A DNA stretch of 64,000 bases. Origin: Candidatus Latescibacterota bacterium. GTDB lineage: Bacteria > Latescibacterota > UBA2968 > UBA8231. Where the stretch lies: NCBI GenBank assembly GCA_964291625.2, contig OZ220089.1, forward strand, positions 4,322,554 to 4,386,553. Direction: 5' to 3'. Position numbers and translations under genes: made by a program. The notes beneath the pieces were generated by a model that was not told the origin of the DNA, made no database searches, and saw only the letters and a list, made by a program, of their open reading frames with translations. Every line of letters starts with the position of its first letter. Positions within the stretch are counted from its first letter, which is position 1. Of the stretch, positions 34,836-43,769 are shown one piece after another.

Positions 34836-35587
34836 CGGGGATCCTCTCCGGCGTTGGCGGCGGGCGGCGCACTGATGACCACTTCGACGGCCGTGCGGCG
34901 GCTGGCGCGGGCGCCTGCCTCGGGGGTCTGGGACAGCACCTTTCCGGCCGCTCCGTCCACCGTCCGCCGCCGGATGGCGCCGAGGGTCATCTCGTACTTG
35001 CGAAGGCTGTCGGCCACGACGTCGATCGGCAGACCCACGACGTCGGGGACCCGCTTCGGGGCGGAAGGAGAGCCGCTGCTCACCACGAGATGCACCGTGG
35101 ACCCGCGCTCGACCCGCTCACCGGCCTCGGGGCGCTGCCGAATGACCACGCCCGAGGGAAAGGTGGTGGAGGAGGCGTACTCGACGGTGCCCCGCCGGAG
35201 CTGGCCTCCCTGGATCTTGAGGCCCGCCTCGCGCTCGCTGCCGCCCGTCACCTCCGGCACCGGGTAGAGCCGCGGACCCCGGCTGACGTCGACGAAGACC
35301 CGCCGCGCCCGCTTGATCTCCTCCCCGGTCCGCGGCGCCTGGTCGACGATGTGGCCGATGGGCGCCGATTCCGAGAACACGCTGTCGCGGAGGGCCAGGC
35401 GCAGGCCCTCTCCCGCCACCCGCTCCCGTGCCGCCTCCGCCGTGCCGCCGCGCAGGTCGGGCACCGTGACCATCGGCACCTGGACGATGGCGGGCATGAT
35501 CAGCTTGTCGAGGGCCGCCAGGAACAGGAGGCCGGTGCCGCCGGCCGCCACCGCGAACGTCAACAGGGTGCGCAGGAGCCGATTCAC
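34832..35587 (-). CDS. Membrane-anchored PASTA-domain protein (three PASTA-like repeats)
   Basis: C-terminal part of ORF 34832..36772. GTG at 35587 ('VNRLLRTLLTFAVAAGG') overlaps the rsmB stop (GTGA). It contains repeated 'VPD..G....A...L...GL' units. Confidence 0.7.
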   Translation of the reverse strand: MNRLLRTLLTFAVAAGGTGLLFLAALDKLIMPAIVQVPMVTVPDLRGGTAEAARERVAGEGLRLALRDSVFSESAPIGHIVDQAPRTGEEIKRARRVFVDVSRGPRLYPVPEVTGGSEREAGLKIQGGQLRRGTVEYASSTTFPSGVVIRQRPEAGERVERGSTVHLVVSSGSPSAPKRVPDVVGLPIDVVADSLRKYEMTLGAIRRRTVDGAAGKVLSQTPEAGARASRRTAVEVVISAPPAANAGEDPR

Positions 35588-36927
35588 GGTTTCCTCCCGC
35601 GGTGGTGCAGCTTGTGGATCAGGGCGGCGTAGGCGCCGTCCCCGGCTTCCCGGCCGGGCAGCGTCTGGACCGTGCGCGCCGCCCAGGCGACGCCGGGGAA
35701 CCGCCGCGAGGCCGCCTCCAGGCGGGCGTCCGCCCTGCGGGCCAGCAGGCCGTCGACGACGGTGTCGTTCTCCTCGTCCTCGAGGGAGCAGGTGCTGTAG
35801 ACGAGCCGACCCCCGGGCCTCAGGGCCTCGAAGGCGGCCCCGAGGATGGCCGACTGCCGCTGCGACTGCCGCGCCAGGTCGGACTCGGACTTCCGCCAGC
35901 GCGCCTCGGGCCGCCGCCGCAGGACGCCGGTGCCGCTGCAGGGCGCGTCCACCAGGACGCGATCGAAGGCTCCCGGCGGGTGGGGTCCCGCGGCGGCGTC
36001 CCCCGCAAACAGATCGATCCCCTTCAGACGCATGCGGTCCCGGTTCTCCCGCAGACGCCGCAGGCGGGCCCGGGACAGGTCTCCCGCCGCCACTCGCACC
36101 TGCCCCGCGGCGAGGGCGAGCTGCACCGACTTGCCGCCCGGGGCGGCACAGGCGTCGAGGACCCGGTCCCCCGGTCTCGGGGCCAGCAGCTCGACGGCCA
36201 GTCCGGCGTTGAGGTCCTGCACGAAGCACCGCCCCTGACGAAAAGGGTGGGAATCGAAGAAACCCTCGGGCCGTTCGAGCCGGCAGGCCTCCGGTCGGCT
36301 GTCCACGAGCGCGGCGCCGAGGCTCTCCGGGAGGGACTCGACGAGACGCTCGGCGTTCCCGAACCGCGGGTCGGGGCGCACGAAGAGCGCCGGCGGCTCG
36401 TTGTTGGCCCGCAGCAAGGCCTCGGTGCGGGCCGGCCCCCAGCGGTGGAGCCAGCGGCTCACGAGCCACTGCGGGTGCGAGTGATAGACGGACAGGTAGC
36501 CCTCCGGATCCCCGTCGCGGTGCGGGTAGGCCACGCGGGCGCCCTCCGCCGAGACGCGCCGGAGGACGGCGTTCACGAAGCCGGCGGCCCCGGCGTGGCC
36601 GTGGCGCCGGGCCAGACCGACGGCGGTATGAACGGCGGCGCTCGGAGGCACGCGATCGAGCCAGAGCAACTGGTAGGCGCCAAGGCGCAGGATGTGGAGG
36701 ACGCGGGGCGTCAGGGAGTCGAGGGGACGGCTGGAGAACGACGCCAGGATCCAGTCGAGGCGGCCTCGCCACTGGAGGACCCCGGAGGTCAACTGGCGGA
36801 CGAAGCGCCGGTCGCGGCCGTCGAAGCGGCTCTCCAGGCCCTCGAGGAGGGGTGCGAGCCGGGCGCCCGACTCGACCTCCTCCAGCAGGCGCACCGCCTC
36901 GGTGCGGACCGGGTCCGTCCTCGTCAT
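35584..36927 (-). CDS. rsmB: 16S rRNA (cytosine967-C5)-methyltransferase RsmB/Sun
   Basis: ORF 35584..37092 with the likely start MTRTDPVR at 36927. It has a NusB-like N-terminus, 'VLDACAAPGGKS', 'DRVLVDAPCSGTGVLRR' and 'LVYSTCS'. Confidence 0.9.
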   Translation of the reverse strand: MTRTDPVRTEAVRLLEEVESGARLAPLLEGLESRFDGRDRRFVRQLTSGVLQWRGRLDWILASFSSRPLDSLTPRVLHILRLGAYQLLWLDRVPPSAAVHTAVGLARRHGHAGAAGFVNAVLRRVSAEGARVAYPHRDGDPEGYLSVYHSHPQWLVSRWLHRWGPARTEALLRANNEPPALFVRPDPRFGNAERLVESLPESLGAALVDSRPEACRLERPEGFFDSHPFRQGRCFVQDLNAGLAVELLAPRPGDRVLDACAAPGGKSVQLALAAGQVRVAAGDLSRARLRRLRENRDRMRLKGIDLFAGDAAAGPHPPGAFDRVLVDAPCSGTGVLRRRPEARWRKSESDLARQSQRQSAILGAAFEALRPGGRLVYSTCSLEDEENDTVVDGLLARRADARLEAASRRFPGVAWAARTVQTLPGREAGDGAYAALIHKLHHRGRKP

Positions 36928-37112
36928 CTCCACAGGGCCGTCACCCCGGCCAAAGGTAGAGCCCGGTGGGGATGAGGCAAAGGCGCCGAGGGCCGCAGGG
37001 GACACCTTGACCCTGCGGGGTCCACGGCTATATTCGGCGACTCTCCCCCCCAGGAGGGTCTCGCGCCGGCACGGCCGGGGCCCCTCCTCCACCGCCTGCG
37101 TCAGAAGTCATC

Positions 37113-38849
37113 TTGCGTACCTACCCGGTGTGGCACCTGGCCCACGAGGGGGAATACGGCGATCTGCTCGACGCCCTCCTCTCGGGCCGCCGACTGGGCC
37201 TCGACGAGCTCGACACCGGCCCCGAAGGCCTGCACCGGCCCGAGCTGCTCACCGACCTCGACCGCGGCGCCCAACGCATCGAGCGCGCCGTGCGCCAGGA
37301 CGAGACCATCGTCGTCTACGGCGACTACGATGTCGACGGGGTCAGCAGCACCGCCCTGCTCCTCGACTTCCTCGAGCGCGTGAAGGCGCGGGGCCACGCC
37401 CTGCTCCCCGACCGCCGCACCGACGGCTACGGCCTCAAACCGCCAGGCGTGCGCAAGGCCCTCGATTTCGGCGCCGACCTCGTGGTGACGGTGGACAACG
37501 GCATCTCCGCCGGCGAGGCCCTCGAACTGGCCCGCGACGAAGGTCTCGACGTGGTCGTCATCGACCACCACCGGCAGAACGAGGAGCTGCCGCCGGCGCA
37601 CAGCATCATCAATCCCAACCGGGTGGACTGCGACTACCCCTTCAAGGGACTGGCCGGGGTGGGCGTGACCTTCAAGGTCGTGCAGCGATTGAGCGAGTCC
37701 CTCCTCGAGTCAGGGGAGCGCCGCCGTTACCTGAACGACCTGCTCGACCTCGTCGCCCTCGGCACCGTGGCCGACATGGTCCCCCTTCTCGACGAGAACC
37801 GGATCCTCGTGCGCCACGGCCTCAAGGCCGTCGAGCGCAGCGCCCGGCCCGGCCTGCAGGAGCTGCGCATCGCCGCCCGCTGCCCCCGGGGGCGGGTCGA
37901 CAGCACGGCCGTGGCCTTCTACCTGGGACCCCGCCTGAACGTCGCCGGCCGTCTGGAAAAGCCCGACCTGGCCCTCGACCTGCTGCGCACGCGGGACCAC
38001 GAGCAGGGCCGCCTCCTGGCCGGCCGGCTCAACGAGCTGAACCTCCGGCGCCAGCGGCTGCAGCGGGAGGGAGTCCGCGAGGCCCGGTCGCTGGTCTCGG
38101 AGGACCAGCTGGAGCGCGAGCGCCTGTTGTGCGTCCTCGGCGAGGAGTGGGACCTGGGCGTCATCGGACTGATCGCCAGCGACCTGTCGGAGAGCTTCTG
38201 GAGGCCCGCCGTGGTCCTCAGCGACGTGCTGCGCGACGGATTCTACGTCGGATCGGCGCGCAGCATCCCGGGGTACGACATGAACGACGGCCTCCGCCAC
38301 TGCTCCCGGTTCCTCACCCGGTACGGCGGCCACGCCGGCGCCGCCGGGTTCACCCTGCCCGCCGAGGCCTTCGAGGAGTTTCGGGCGTGCCTCATCGACC
38401 ACGCCGGCGCCGAGCTGACGCCGCAACATCTCGAGGCCCACCTCGACATCGATCTGGAGCTGCAGCCGGGGGACATCGACATGCGCACGGTCGAGGTGCA
38501 GCGCCAGCTCGAACCCTTCGGGCAGGAGAACCGCATGCCCCTGTTCCTGACCCGCGGTCTCGAGCTGGCCAGCCGGACCCGGGTCGGCAAGGAGGGGGAA
38601 CACCTCAAGGTGGCTTTCAGGGCCGGCGGCGTGCGCGCGGGCGTGTGGTGGCACCAGGGGGCCCTGGCCCGCGACCTGGAACCCGGCCAGCGCCTCGACG
38701 TGGCCTACGAGCTGTCGGAGGACACCTTCAACGGCACGGGCACGGTGCAGATGGTGATCCGCGACATGGACTCCTCCCCCGGGTGCGAGTCTGCCCCGGC
38801 GCCGGCCGAGAGCGTTCCCTCCGCCGTGCTCGACTCCGAGGTGCCGTGA
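37113..38849 (+). CDS. recJ: Single-stranded-DNA-specific exonuclease RecJ
   Basis: ORF-track 578 aa with a TTG start. DHH motifs are 'VVYGDYDVDGVSS', 'TVDNGIS' and 'VVVIDHH'. The DHHA1 motif is 'GGHAGAAG'. Confidence 0.9.
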   Translation: MRTYPVWHLAHEGEYGDLLDALLSGRRLGLDELDTGPEGLHRPELLTDLDRGAQRIERAVRQDETIVVYGDYDVDGVSSTALLLDFLERVKARGHALLPDRRTDGYGLKPPGVRKALDFGADLVVTVDNGISAGEALELARDEGLDVVVIDHHRQNEELPPAHSIINPNRVDCDYPFKGLAGVGVTFKVVQRLSESLLESGERRRYLNDLLDLVALGTVADMVPLLDENRILVRHGLKAVERSARPGLQELRIAARCPRGRVDSTAVAFYLGPRLNVAGRLEKPDLALDLLRTRDHEQGRLLAGRLNELNLRRQRLQREGVREARSLVSEDQLERERLLCVLGEEWDLGVIGLIASDLSESFWRPAVVLSDVLRDGFYVGSARSIPGYDMNDGLRHCSRFLTRYGGHAGAAGFTLPAEAFEEFRACLIDHAGAELTPQHLEAHLDIDLELQPGDIDMRTVEVQRQLEPFGQENRMPLFLTRGLELASRTRVGKEGEHLKVAFRAGGVRAGVWWHQGALARDLEPGQRLDVAYELSEDTFNGTGTVQMVIRDMDSSPGCESAPAPAESVPSAVLDSEVP

Positions 38850-40060
38850 TCAGCTCCGACCTCACCCGGGAGCTCTTCGTCACCGGTTCCGGGGCGCGCA
38901 TCCTCCTCCTCGTCATCGACGGCCTCGGAGGACTGCCCCACTCCGAGACGGGTCTCAGCGAGCTGGAGACGGCCTCGCTGCCCAACCTCGACGGCCTGTG
39001 CGGCCGCTCCAGTTGCGGCCTCCACTCCCCCCTGGGACCCGGGTTCACCCCGGGCAGCGGTCCGGCGCACCTGGCCCTCTTCGGCTACGACCCGTGGCTT
39101 CGGAGGATCGGCCGCGGAGCCCTCTCCTGCCTCGGTCTCGGCCTCGACTTCGGGCCGGGAGACGTGGCGGCGCGGCTGAACTTCTGCACCGTCGACGCCG
39201 ACGGCCTGGTCAGCGACCGTCGGGCGGGGCGGATCCCGACCGAGACCTGCCGGCGGCTGTGCGGTCTGCTCGCCGATGTCGACATCCCCGGCGTCGAGGT
39301 GACCGTGGCTCCGGAGATGGAGTACCGGGCCGCGGTCCGCTTCCGCGGGGAAGGGCTGTCCGACGGGGTCGGCGACTCGGACCCCCAGGTGACCGGGAGA
39401 CCCCCGCTGCCGCTGCGGGCGGAGTCCGCCGATGACCGGCGCATGGCGGCGGTGGCGGAATCCTTCGTCGCCCGGGCCGGAGAGCTCCTGGCCGGTGAGA
39501 GCCCGGCGAACATGGTGCTGATCCGCGGCTTCGGAAGCTACCCGGAGCTGCCCTCCATGCAGGAGGTCTACGGCCTCGACCCGGTGGGTCTCGCCGGGTA
39601 TCCCATGTACCGGGGCATCGCCCGCGCCGTCGGCATGGACACCCCCGGCTGCGACGCCCGCATCGACGCCCAGCTCGACCTGCTGGCGGCGCGCTGGCAG
39701 GCGGGCCCCGAGGACTTCTGGTACGTCCACTTCAAGCCGACGGACAGCGCCGGGGAGGACGGCGACTTCGACCGCAAGGTGTCCCTCCTGGAGGAGATCG
39801 ACGGATACCTTCCCCGTCTCCTCGACCTGCAGCCTGAGGTCCTCGTGGTCACCGGCGACCACTCGACGCCGTCGCGGATGGGCGGCCACAGCTGGCACCC
39901 CGTGCCGGTGCTGATCCTCGGCGAGGCCGGCTTTCCCGTCGCCGGAACGCGCATGACCGAGCGCGGCTGCGCCGGCGGCAGTCTCGGCCGCATCGCCACC
40001 ACGGAGCTGATGGCCCTCGCCCTGGCCCACGCCGGGCGCCTGGCCAAGTTCGGCGCCTGA
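38846..40060 (+). CDS. apgM: Cofactor-independent phosphoglycerate mutase, archaeal-type (ApgM family)
   Basis: Frame of ORF 36692..40060. GTG at 38846 overlaps the recJ stop (GTGA). Motifs seen: 'LLLVIDGLGG', 'DSDPQ', 'VVTGDHSTP'. Confidence 0.8.
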   Translation: MISSDLTRELFVTGSGARILLLVIDGLGGLPHSETGLSELETASLPNLDGLCGRSSCGLHSPLGPGFTPGSGPAHLALFGYDPWLRRIGRGALSCLGLGLDFGPGDVAARLNFCTVDADGLVSDRRAGRIPTETCRRLCGLLADVDIPGVEVTVAPEMEYRAAVRFRGEGLSDGVGDSDPQVTGRPPLPLRAESADDRRMAAVAESFVARAGELLAGESPANMVLIRGFGSYPELPSMQEVYGLDPVGLAGYPMYRGIARAVGMDTPGCDARIDAQLDLLAARWQAGPEDFWYVHFKPTDSAGEDGDFDRKVSLLEEIDGYLPRLLDLQPEVLVVTGDHSTPSRMGGHSWHPVPVLILGEAGFPVAGTRMTERGCAGGSLGRIATTELMALALAHAGRLAKFGA

Positions 40061-40082
40061 GCGCCGCCGCCATCGAGGTCGG

Positions 40083-40934
40083 GTGATCCACCCGGTGCGC
40101 ATCGCCCACCGCGGGGCCTCCGGAGCCGGTCTGGCGCCGGAGAACACCCTGACCGCCTTCGAGCGCGCCATCGAGATCGGCGTCGACGCCGTCGAGCTCG
40201 ACGTGCGCTCCACTCGCGACGGCGCCCTCGTCGTCCTCCATGATCCGCTGCTGGACCGCACCACCGACCGCGAGGGGCCGGTGCACGAGCTGACGCTGGC
40301 GCAGGTCCGCGAAGCCGATGCCGGCGGCTGGTTCGGCCGCCCCTTCGCCGGCGAGAAGGTGCCCACCCTGGCCGAGGCCCTCGACCTGCTGCGGCGCCGG
40401 GCCCTGGCGGTGATCGAGATCAAGGCCGACCACCTGGCGGAGGCGGTCCTGCGCGTCGTGGACGACCTCGTCGTGGCCGACCAGGTCGTCATCCAGTCCT
40501 TCTCCTCCGAGACCCTGCGGCGGGTGAAGGCGATCGATGGGGCCGCACCGGCGGCCCTGCTGGTGGGCAACCTGCCCACCTCCCCCTCGAGGATGCGGGC
40601 CCGGCGCATGGTCCGCGAGGTCCTTTCCCTGGGGGCCAACATCCTCAACATCTGGCACACGACCCTGACCCCGGCCTTCTACGAAGAGGTGCGCAAGCGC
40701 GGACTCACGGTCTGGACCTGGACCGTGGACGAGGAGGTCGTCCTGCGGGACGTGGTCCAGATGGGGGTTCAGGGTATCGCCACGAACCATCCCGACCGCC
40801 TCAACGGCGTCCTCGAGGAGCTGGCGCGGGAGGGAGCGATCCTGGTCCCCCTGGGCCGCAGCAAGCGCCTCAAGCCCGGCCGCTGGCGCCGGCGCCGGGA
40901 GATCCGCAGGGCGAGCCGGCGACGGGACGCCTGA
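40083..40934 (+). CDS. Glycerophosphodiester phosphodiesterase-family protein
   Basis: ORF-track 283 aa: 'IAHRGASG.APENT', 'VELDVRSTRDGALVVLHD'. It has a basic Arg-rich C-terminal tail. Confidence 0.85.
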   Translation: MIHPVRIAHRGASGAGLAPENTLTAFERAIEIGVDAVELDVRSTRDGALVVLHDPLLDRTTDREGPVHELTLAQVREADAGGWFGRPFAGEKVPTLAEALDLLRRRALAVIEIKADHLAEAVLRVVDDLVVADQVVIQSFSSETLRRVKAIDGAAPAALLVGNLPTSPSRMRARRMVREVLSLGANILNIWHTTLTPAFYEEVRKRGLTVWTWTVDEEVVLRDVVQMGVQGIATNHPDRLNGVLEELAREGAILVPLGRSKRLKPGRWRRRREIRRASRRRDA

Positions 40935-40960
40935 TCCGGCAAGGGGAGCGGCATTCCCGC

Positions 40961-40990
40961 TTGACGCTTCCGCGGAAGCGGGGGTATAAT
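40961..40990 (+). promoter_or_regulatory. Near-consensus sigma-70 promoter with a perfect 16-bp palindrome in the spacer
   Basis: TTGACG is at 40961-40966 and TATAAT at 40985-40990, with an 18-nt spacer. CGCTTCCGCGGAAGCG at 40965-40980 is a perfect inverted repeat. Confidence 0.5.
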
Positions 40991-41210
40991 TGGCTCGTCC
41001 CCGCCCTGTTCTTCCCGTCCGTTTCAACGAGCATACGCGTCCCACCGTGAGCCAAGACGAGGTGTGGCCGTACCCTGTTCCCCGCCGGTCCGGCGGGCAG
41101 GGGGGGCCGCCCGACACCGAGCCACGGACCTCTGCGCCGCCGGCCTGTGACGCTGCCGTCACCCCCTCCCTCCGGACGGCGGCCGACTTCGCCCCGTCGA
41201 ATCCGAGCCC

Positions 41211-41417
41211 GTGCTGGTCTCCGCCGCTTTTGCCGCGCTTCTCATCCTGGTGGTCATCGCCTACTACCTGGTTCCACGGAAGGCGCGCTGCCCGGAGTGC
41301 GGCTCAAACAGGGAGGAGGGCCCCCTGTGCCCCTCCTGCGGCTGGATCTTCGAGGACGACGAGGACGACGAGGACGGCGACGAGCCGGAGGTGATCGACG
41401 CGTGGGAGGACCGGTAA
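41211..41417 (+). CDS. Small membrane-anchored zinc-ribbon protein with acidic tail
   Basis: ORF-track 68 aa with a GTG start. One TM helix is followed by 'CPECG...(9)...CPSCG' and 'EDDEDDEDGDE'. Confidence 0.45.
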   Translation: MLVSAAFAALLILVVIAYYLVPRKARCPECGSNREEGPLCPSCGWIFEDDEDDEDGDEPEVIDAWEDR

Positions 41418-41421
41418 GACG

Positions 41422-41709
41422 ATGGAATGGGTAACGGCCCTGCTCGCCGTGGGATGTCTGTTCGTCGCCGCCCAGGTCGTGGTCGACTACCTGCGCTACC
41501 GCAGGGCCCTGGAGCCGCGGCTGGAGACCGCCCGCAGCGCTGACGAGCAGCTTCGACACCGCATGGAGGCCGCCCGCAGGGAGCTGGCGAGGAGGCGGAA
41601 GGAGGGGGATGCACCCCGTCCGGGTCCGGGGGACGGTCCCGGCGATCCACCCCGGGGGGAGGTGCGGGCAGGCCCGGAAAGGATGGCGCCGGCGCGGGCC
41701 GATGGCTAG
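41422..41709 (+). CDS. Small single-TM protein
   Basis: ORF-track 95 aa. An N-terminal TM helix is followed by a charged coiled segment. It starts 4 nt after the previous stop. Confidence 0.4.
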   Translation: MEWVTALLAVGCLFVAAQVVVDYLRYRRALEPRLETARSADEQLRHRMEAARRELARRRKEGDAPRPGPGDGPGDPPRGEVRAGPERMAPARADG

Positions 41710-41816
41710 GGTGCGCCTCGGGGCTTTTCGCTTGACAATCGCAAGAACCGATATGTAGCTTCCCCGCCGTCAGTTACGGCCATCACGCCATCAACGAACA
41801 CGGTCTGGAGGATGTC

Positions 41817-42467
41817 ATGATGCGGGCAGCAAAACACCTCACCCTGCGGGTTGCAGGCCTGTTCGCCGTCGCCGCTCTCGTCGGCTGCGGAGGTGAGCCA
41901 CCCCAGGCCGATCTGGACGCCGCCCAGGCGGCCCTCGCCGCGGCCGAAGCGGCCGAGGCCGAGAAGTACGCCGGCAGCGATCTCTCCGCGGCTCAGAAGG
42001 CCTTCGCCGACGCCAAGACCGCCTTCGACGCCGAGGCCGAGAAGATGCTGTTCAAGGACTGGGAATCGGTGGTGCCGCAGATCGCCGACGCCAAGTCCAA
42101 GGCCGACATGGCCCGTTCGTCGGCCGAGGCCGCCAAGGCCGCCGCCATGGCCGCCGCCGAGTCCGCCATCGCCGACGCCGCCATGGTCATCCAGGGGGTC
42201 CGCGCCAGCCTCGAAGCCGCCCCGGCCGGCAAGGGCACCGAGGGCGATATCGAGCAGTTGCGCGCCGACCTCGACGCCGCCGACGCCGACCTGAGCTCGG
42301 CGCGAGCCGCTGTCTCCTCCGAAGACTTCGAAATGGCCACATCCAAGGCCGGGTCCGCCAAGATGGCGGCCGAGACCGTCAGCGAGGGCGTCGACGCGGC
42401 CGTGGCCCGGTATCACCAGTTGGTCGAGGAGAGAACCCCCTGGTACGAGCGCGGAATGGGCGGCTAG
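41817..42467 (+). CDS. Ala-rich helical lipoprotein (DUF4398-like)
   Basis: ORF-track 216 aa. Lipobox 'LVGC'. The repeated 'A..A...AE.YA...L..A...' pattern is as I recall for DUF4398. Confidence 0.6.
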   Translation: MMRAAKHLTLRVAGLFAVAALVGCGGEPPQADLDAAQAALAAAEAAEAEKYAGSDLSAAQKAFADAKTAFDAEAEKMLFKDWESVVPQIADAKSKADMARSSAEAAKAAAMAAAESAIADAAMVIQGVRASLEAAPAGKGTEGDIEQLRADLDAADADLSSARAAVSSEDFEMATSKAGSAKMAAETVSEGVDAAVARYHQLVEERTPWYERGMGG

Positions 42468-42520
42468 TCCAACCTGGCCACACCGGGATCCGCCGCGACG
42501 GATCCCGCGCGTCCCATGTC

Positions 42521-42562
42521 GACGGCCGGAGAGGGCGATCCTCTCCGGCCGTCCTTCTTTTT
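42521..42562 (+). terminator. Rho-independent terminator
   Basis: A 14-bp perfect stem, GACGGCCGGAGAGG / CCTCTCCGGCCGTC, with loop GCGAT, is followed by CTTCTTTTT. A second hairpin, GGGATCCG..CGGATCCC, lies at 42485-42506. Confidence 0.7.
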
Positions 42563-42646
42563 CCTGCGTCCCTCGCGCTGATCCTGGTCGTCCTGTCCGC
42601 ACTCCCCGGCGCCGCCCGTGCCGAGGGCAAGGCCGCCTGCCCGGCT

Positions 42647-43168
42647 GTGGGAACCCCCTCCGAGCTGGCCCTCGAGCACCGGGACCTCCTTTCCCGCCTG
42701 GCTTCCCGCCGCCGCCTGCCCACGCCCTACATGGTGATCGACACACGCGCCAACCTTCTGGTGCTGAGGGACTCCGTCCATCAGGTGGAGCACAGGGCGG
42801 TCTGCTCCACCGGCGCGGCGCGGCGCTTCGCGGGGCGCAAGGCCTGGCAGAAGTGGGTCTTTGCCACCCCCAAGGGTCGCTTCGAGATCCAGCGCAAGGT
42901 GAAGGACCCTCTGTGGACGAAGCCGCCGTGGCACTTCCTGGAGTCGGGAGAGGAGGTGCCCGTCCTCCCCGAGGACTTTCGCCGGTTCCAGCGCGGCGTT
43001 CTCGGCCGCTATGCACTCTACTTCCTTCCCGACTACATGATCCACGGTACGCTCTACGAGACGAACCTGGGGAAGAGCATCACCCATGGATGCGTCCGCG
43101 TGGGCGACGAGGACCTGAGCCATCTTTTCGAGCGCGTGCAGACCGGCTGGCCGGTCTACGTATTCTGA
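42647..43168 (+). CDS. L,D-transpeptidase (YkuD domain); true start probably upstream
   Basis: ORF-track 173 aa with a GTG start. Catalytic motif 'HGT.....LG.SITHGCVRV'. An in-frame signal-peptide-like stretch lies upstream without a canonical start codon. Confidence 0.75.
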   Translation: MGTPSELALEHRDLLSRLASRRRLPTPYMVIDTRANLLVLRDSVHQVEHRAVCSTGAARRFAGRKAWQKWVFATPKGRFEIQRKVKDPLWTKPPWHFLESGEEVPVLPEDFRRFQRGVLGRYALYFLPDYMIHGTLYETNLGKSITHGCVRVGDEDLSHLFERVQTGWPVYVF

Positions 43169-43298
43169 GTCCGCCTCCGGGAGAGCGCCGCTTCTGCCTG
43201 GAGGGTGGCCTGGCTTTCTCCGGGGGACCGGAAGCTCGTGGAGAGCCGTCCAGGCCCTCGCGGCGGCGGCGCTCGTCGGCTGGAGTACCGCCGGGCCC

Positions 43299-43769
43299 GT
43301 GCAGGCCTCCGAGGACCTCGGCCGCGTCAACGAGGCTCTGAGGGAGTGGCTGCAGCTGATGGAGGCAGACCAGGTCTACCTTCTCCTCGACGAGTCGGCG
43401 GGGGATCTGCGGGTCCACCACGGGCCCGCGGTACTCCGCCAGTGTCCGGTCGTCTCCGACTCCCTAGGGGCCGGCACTCCGGTTCGGCAGCGGTTGACGG
43501 CGAGGCTGCGCCGCCATCGGCGGGCCGATCCCTTCACCTCGATCGAGCCCGGGCCCTTCGACTGGGAGCACTACCTGGTTTCGGAGGCCGCGGCAGAGGC
43601 CGGGCTGCTGTTCTCCGAAGGCCTGCTGCTGTACGCCTCCGAGATCTGGAGTCCCGCGCGGGCACCCTCGATCCGGCTGCGGAGGGAGGACCTGCGCGCC
43701 CTCTTCGACGCCGCCGCGGACAGCGTCGACCTGATCCTGCTGCCCTCCGGCTGGGAGCGTGAGCGATGA
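43299..43769 (+). CDS. Hypothetical protein (likely exported; start uncertain)
   Basis: ORF-track 156 aa with a GTG start. Its stop overlaps the next start (ATGA). A signal-peptide-like sequence continues in frame upstream. Confidence 0.5.
   Translation: MQASEDLGRVNEALREWLQLMEADQVYLLLDESAGDLRVHHGPAVLRQCPVVSDSLGAGTPVRQRLTARLRRHRRADPFTSIEPGPFDWEHYLVSEAAAEAGLLFSEGLLLYASEIWSPARAPSIRLRREDLRALFDAAADSVDLILLPSGWERER

Noticed and set aside
34832-36772. 646-aa ORF suggesting a large fusion protein
   Set aside because: Only the last 251 codons (from GTG 35587) are protein-like and form the PASTA protein. The upstream part is the out-of-frame shadow of rsmB, which is read in ORF 35584..37092.
40991-41210. 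Known housekeeping ncRNAs (SRP/4.5S RNA, 6S RNA, RNase P RNA, tmRNA) downstream of the strong promoter
   Set aside because: There is no SRP domain-IV motif (GGAA tetraloop context), no RNase P P4 'GAGGAAAGUCC', and no tmRNA tag frame. The possible closing stem spans only ~135 nt and is imperfect for 6S. I kept it only as a generic leader or sRNA hypothesis.
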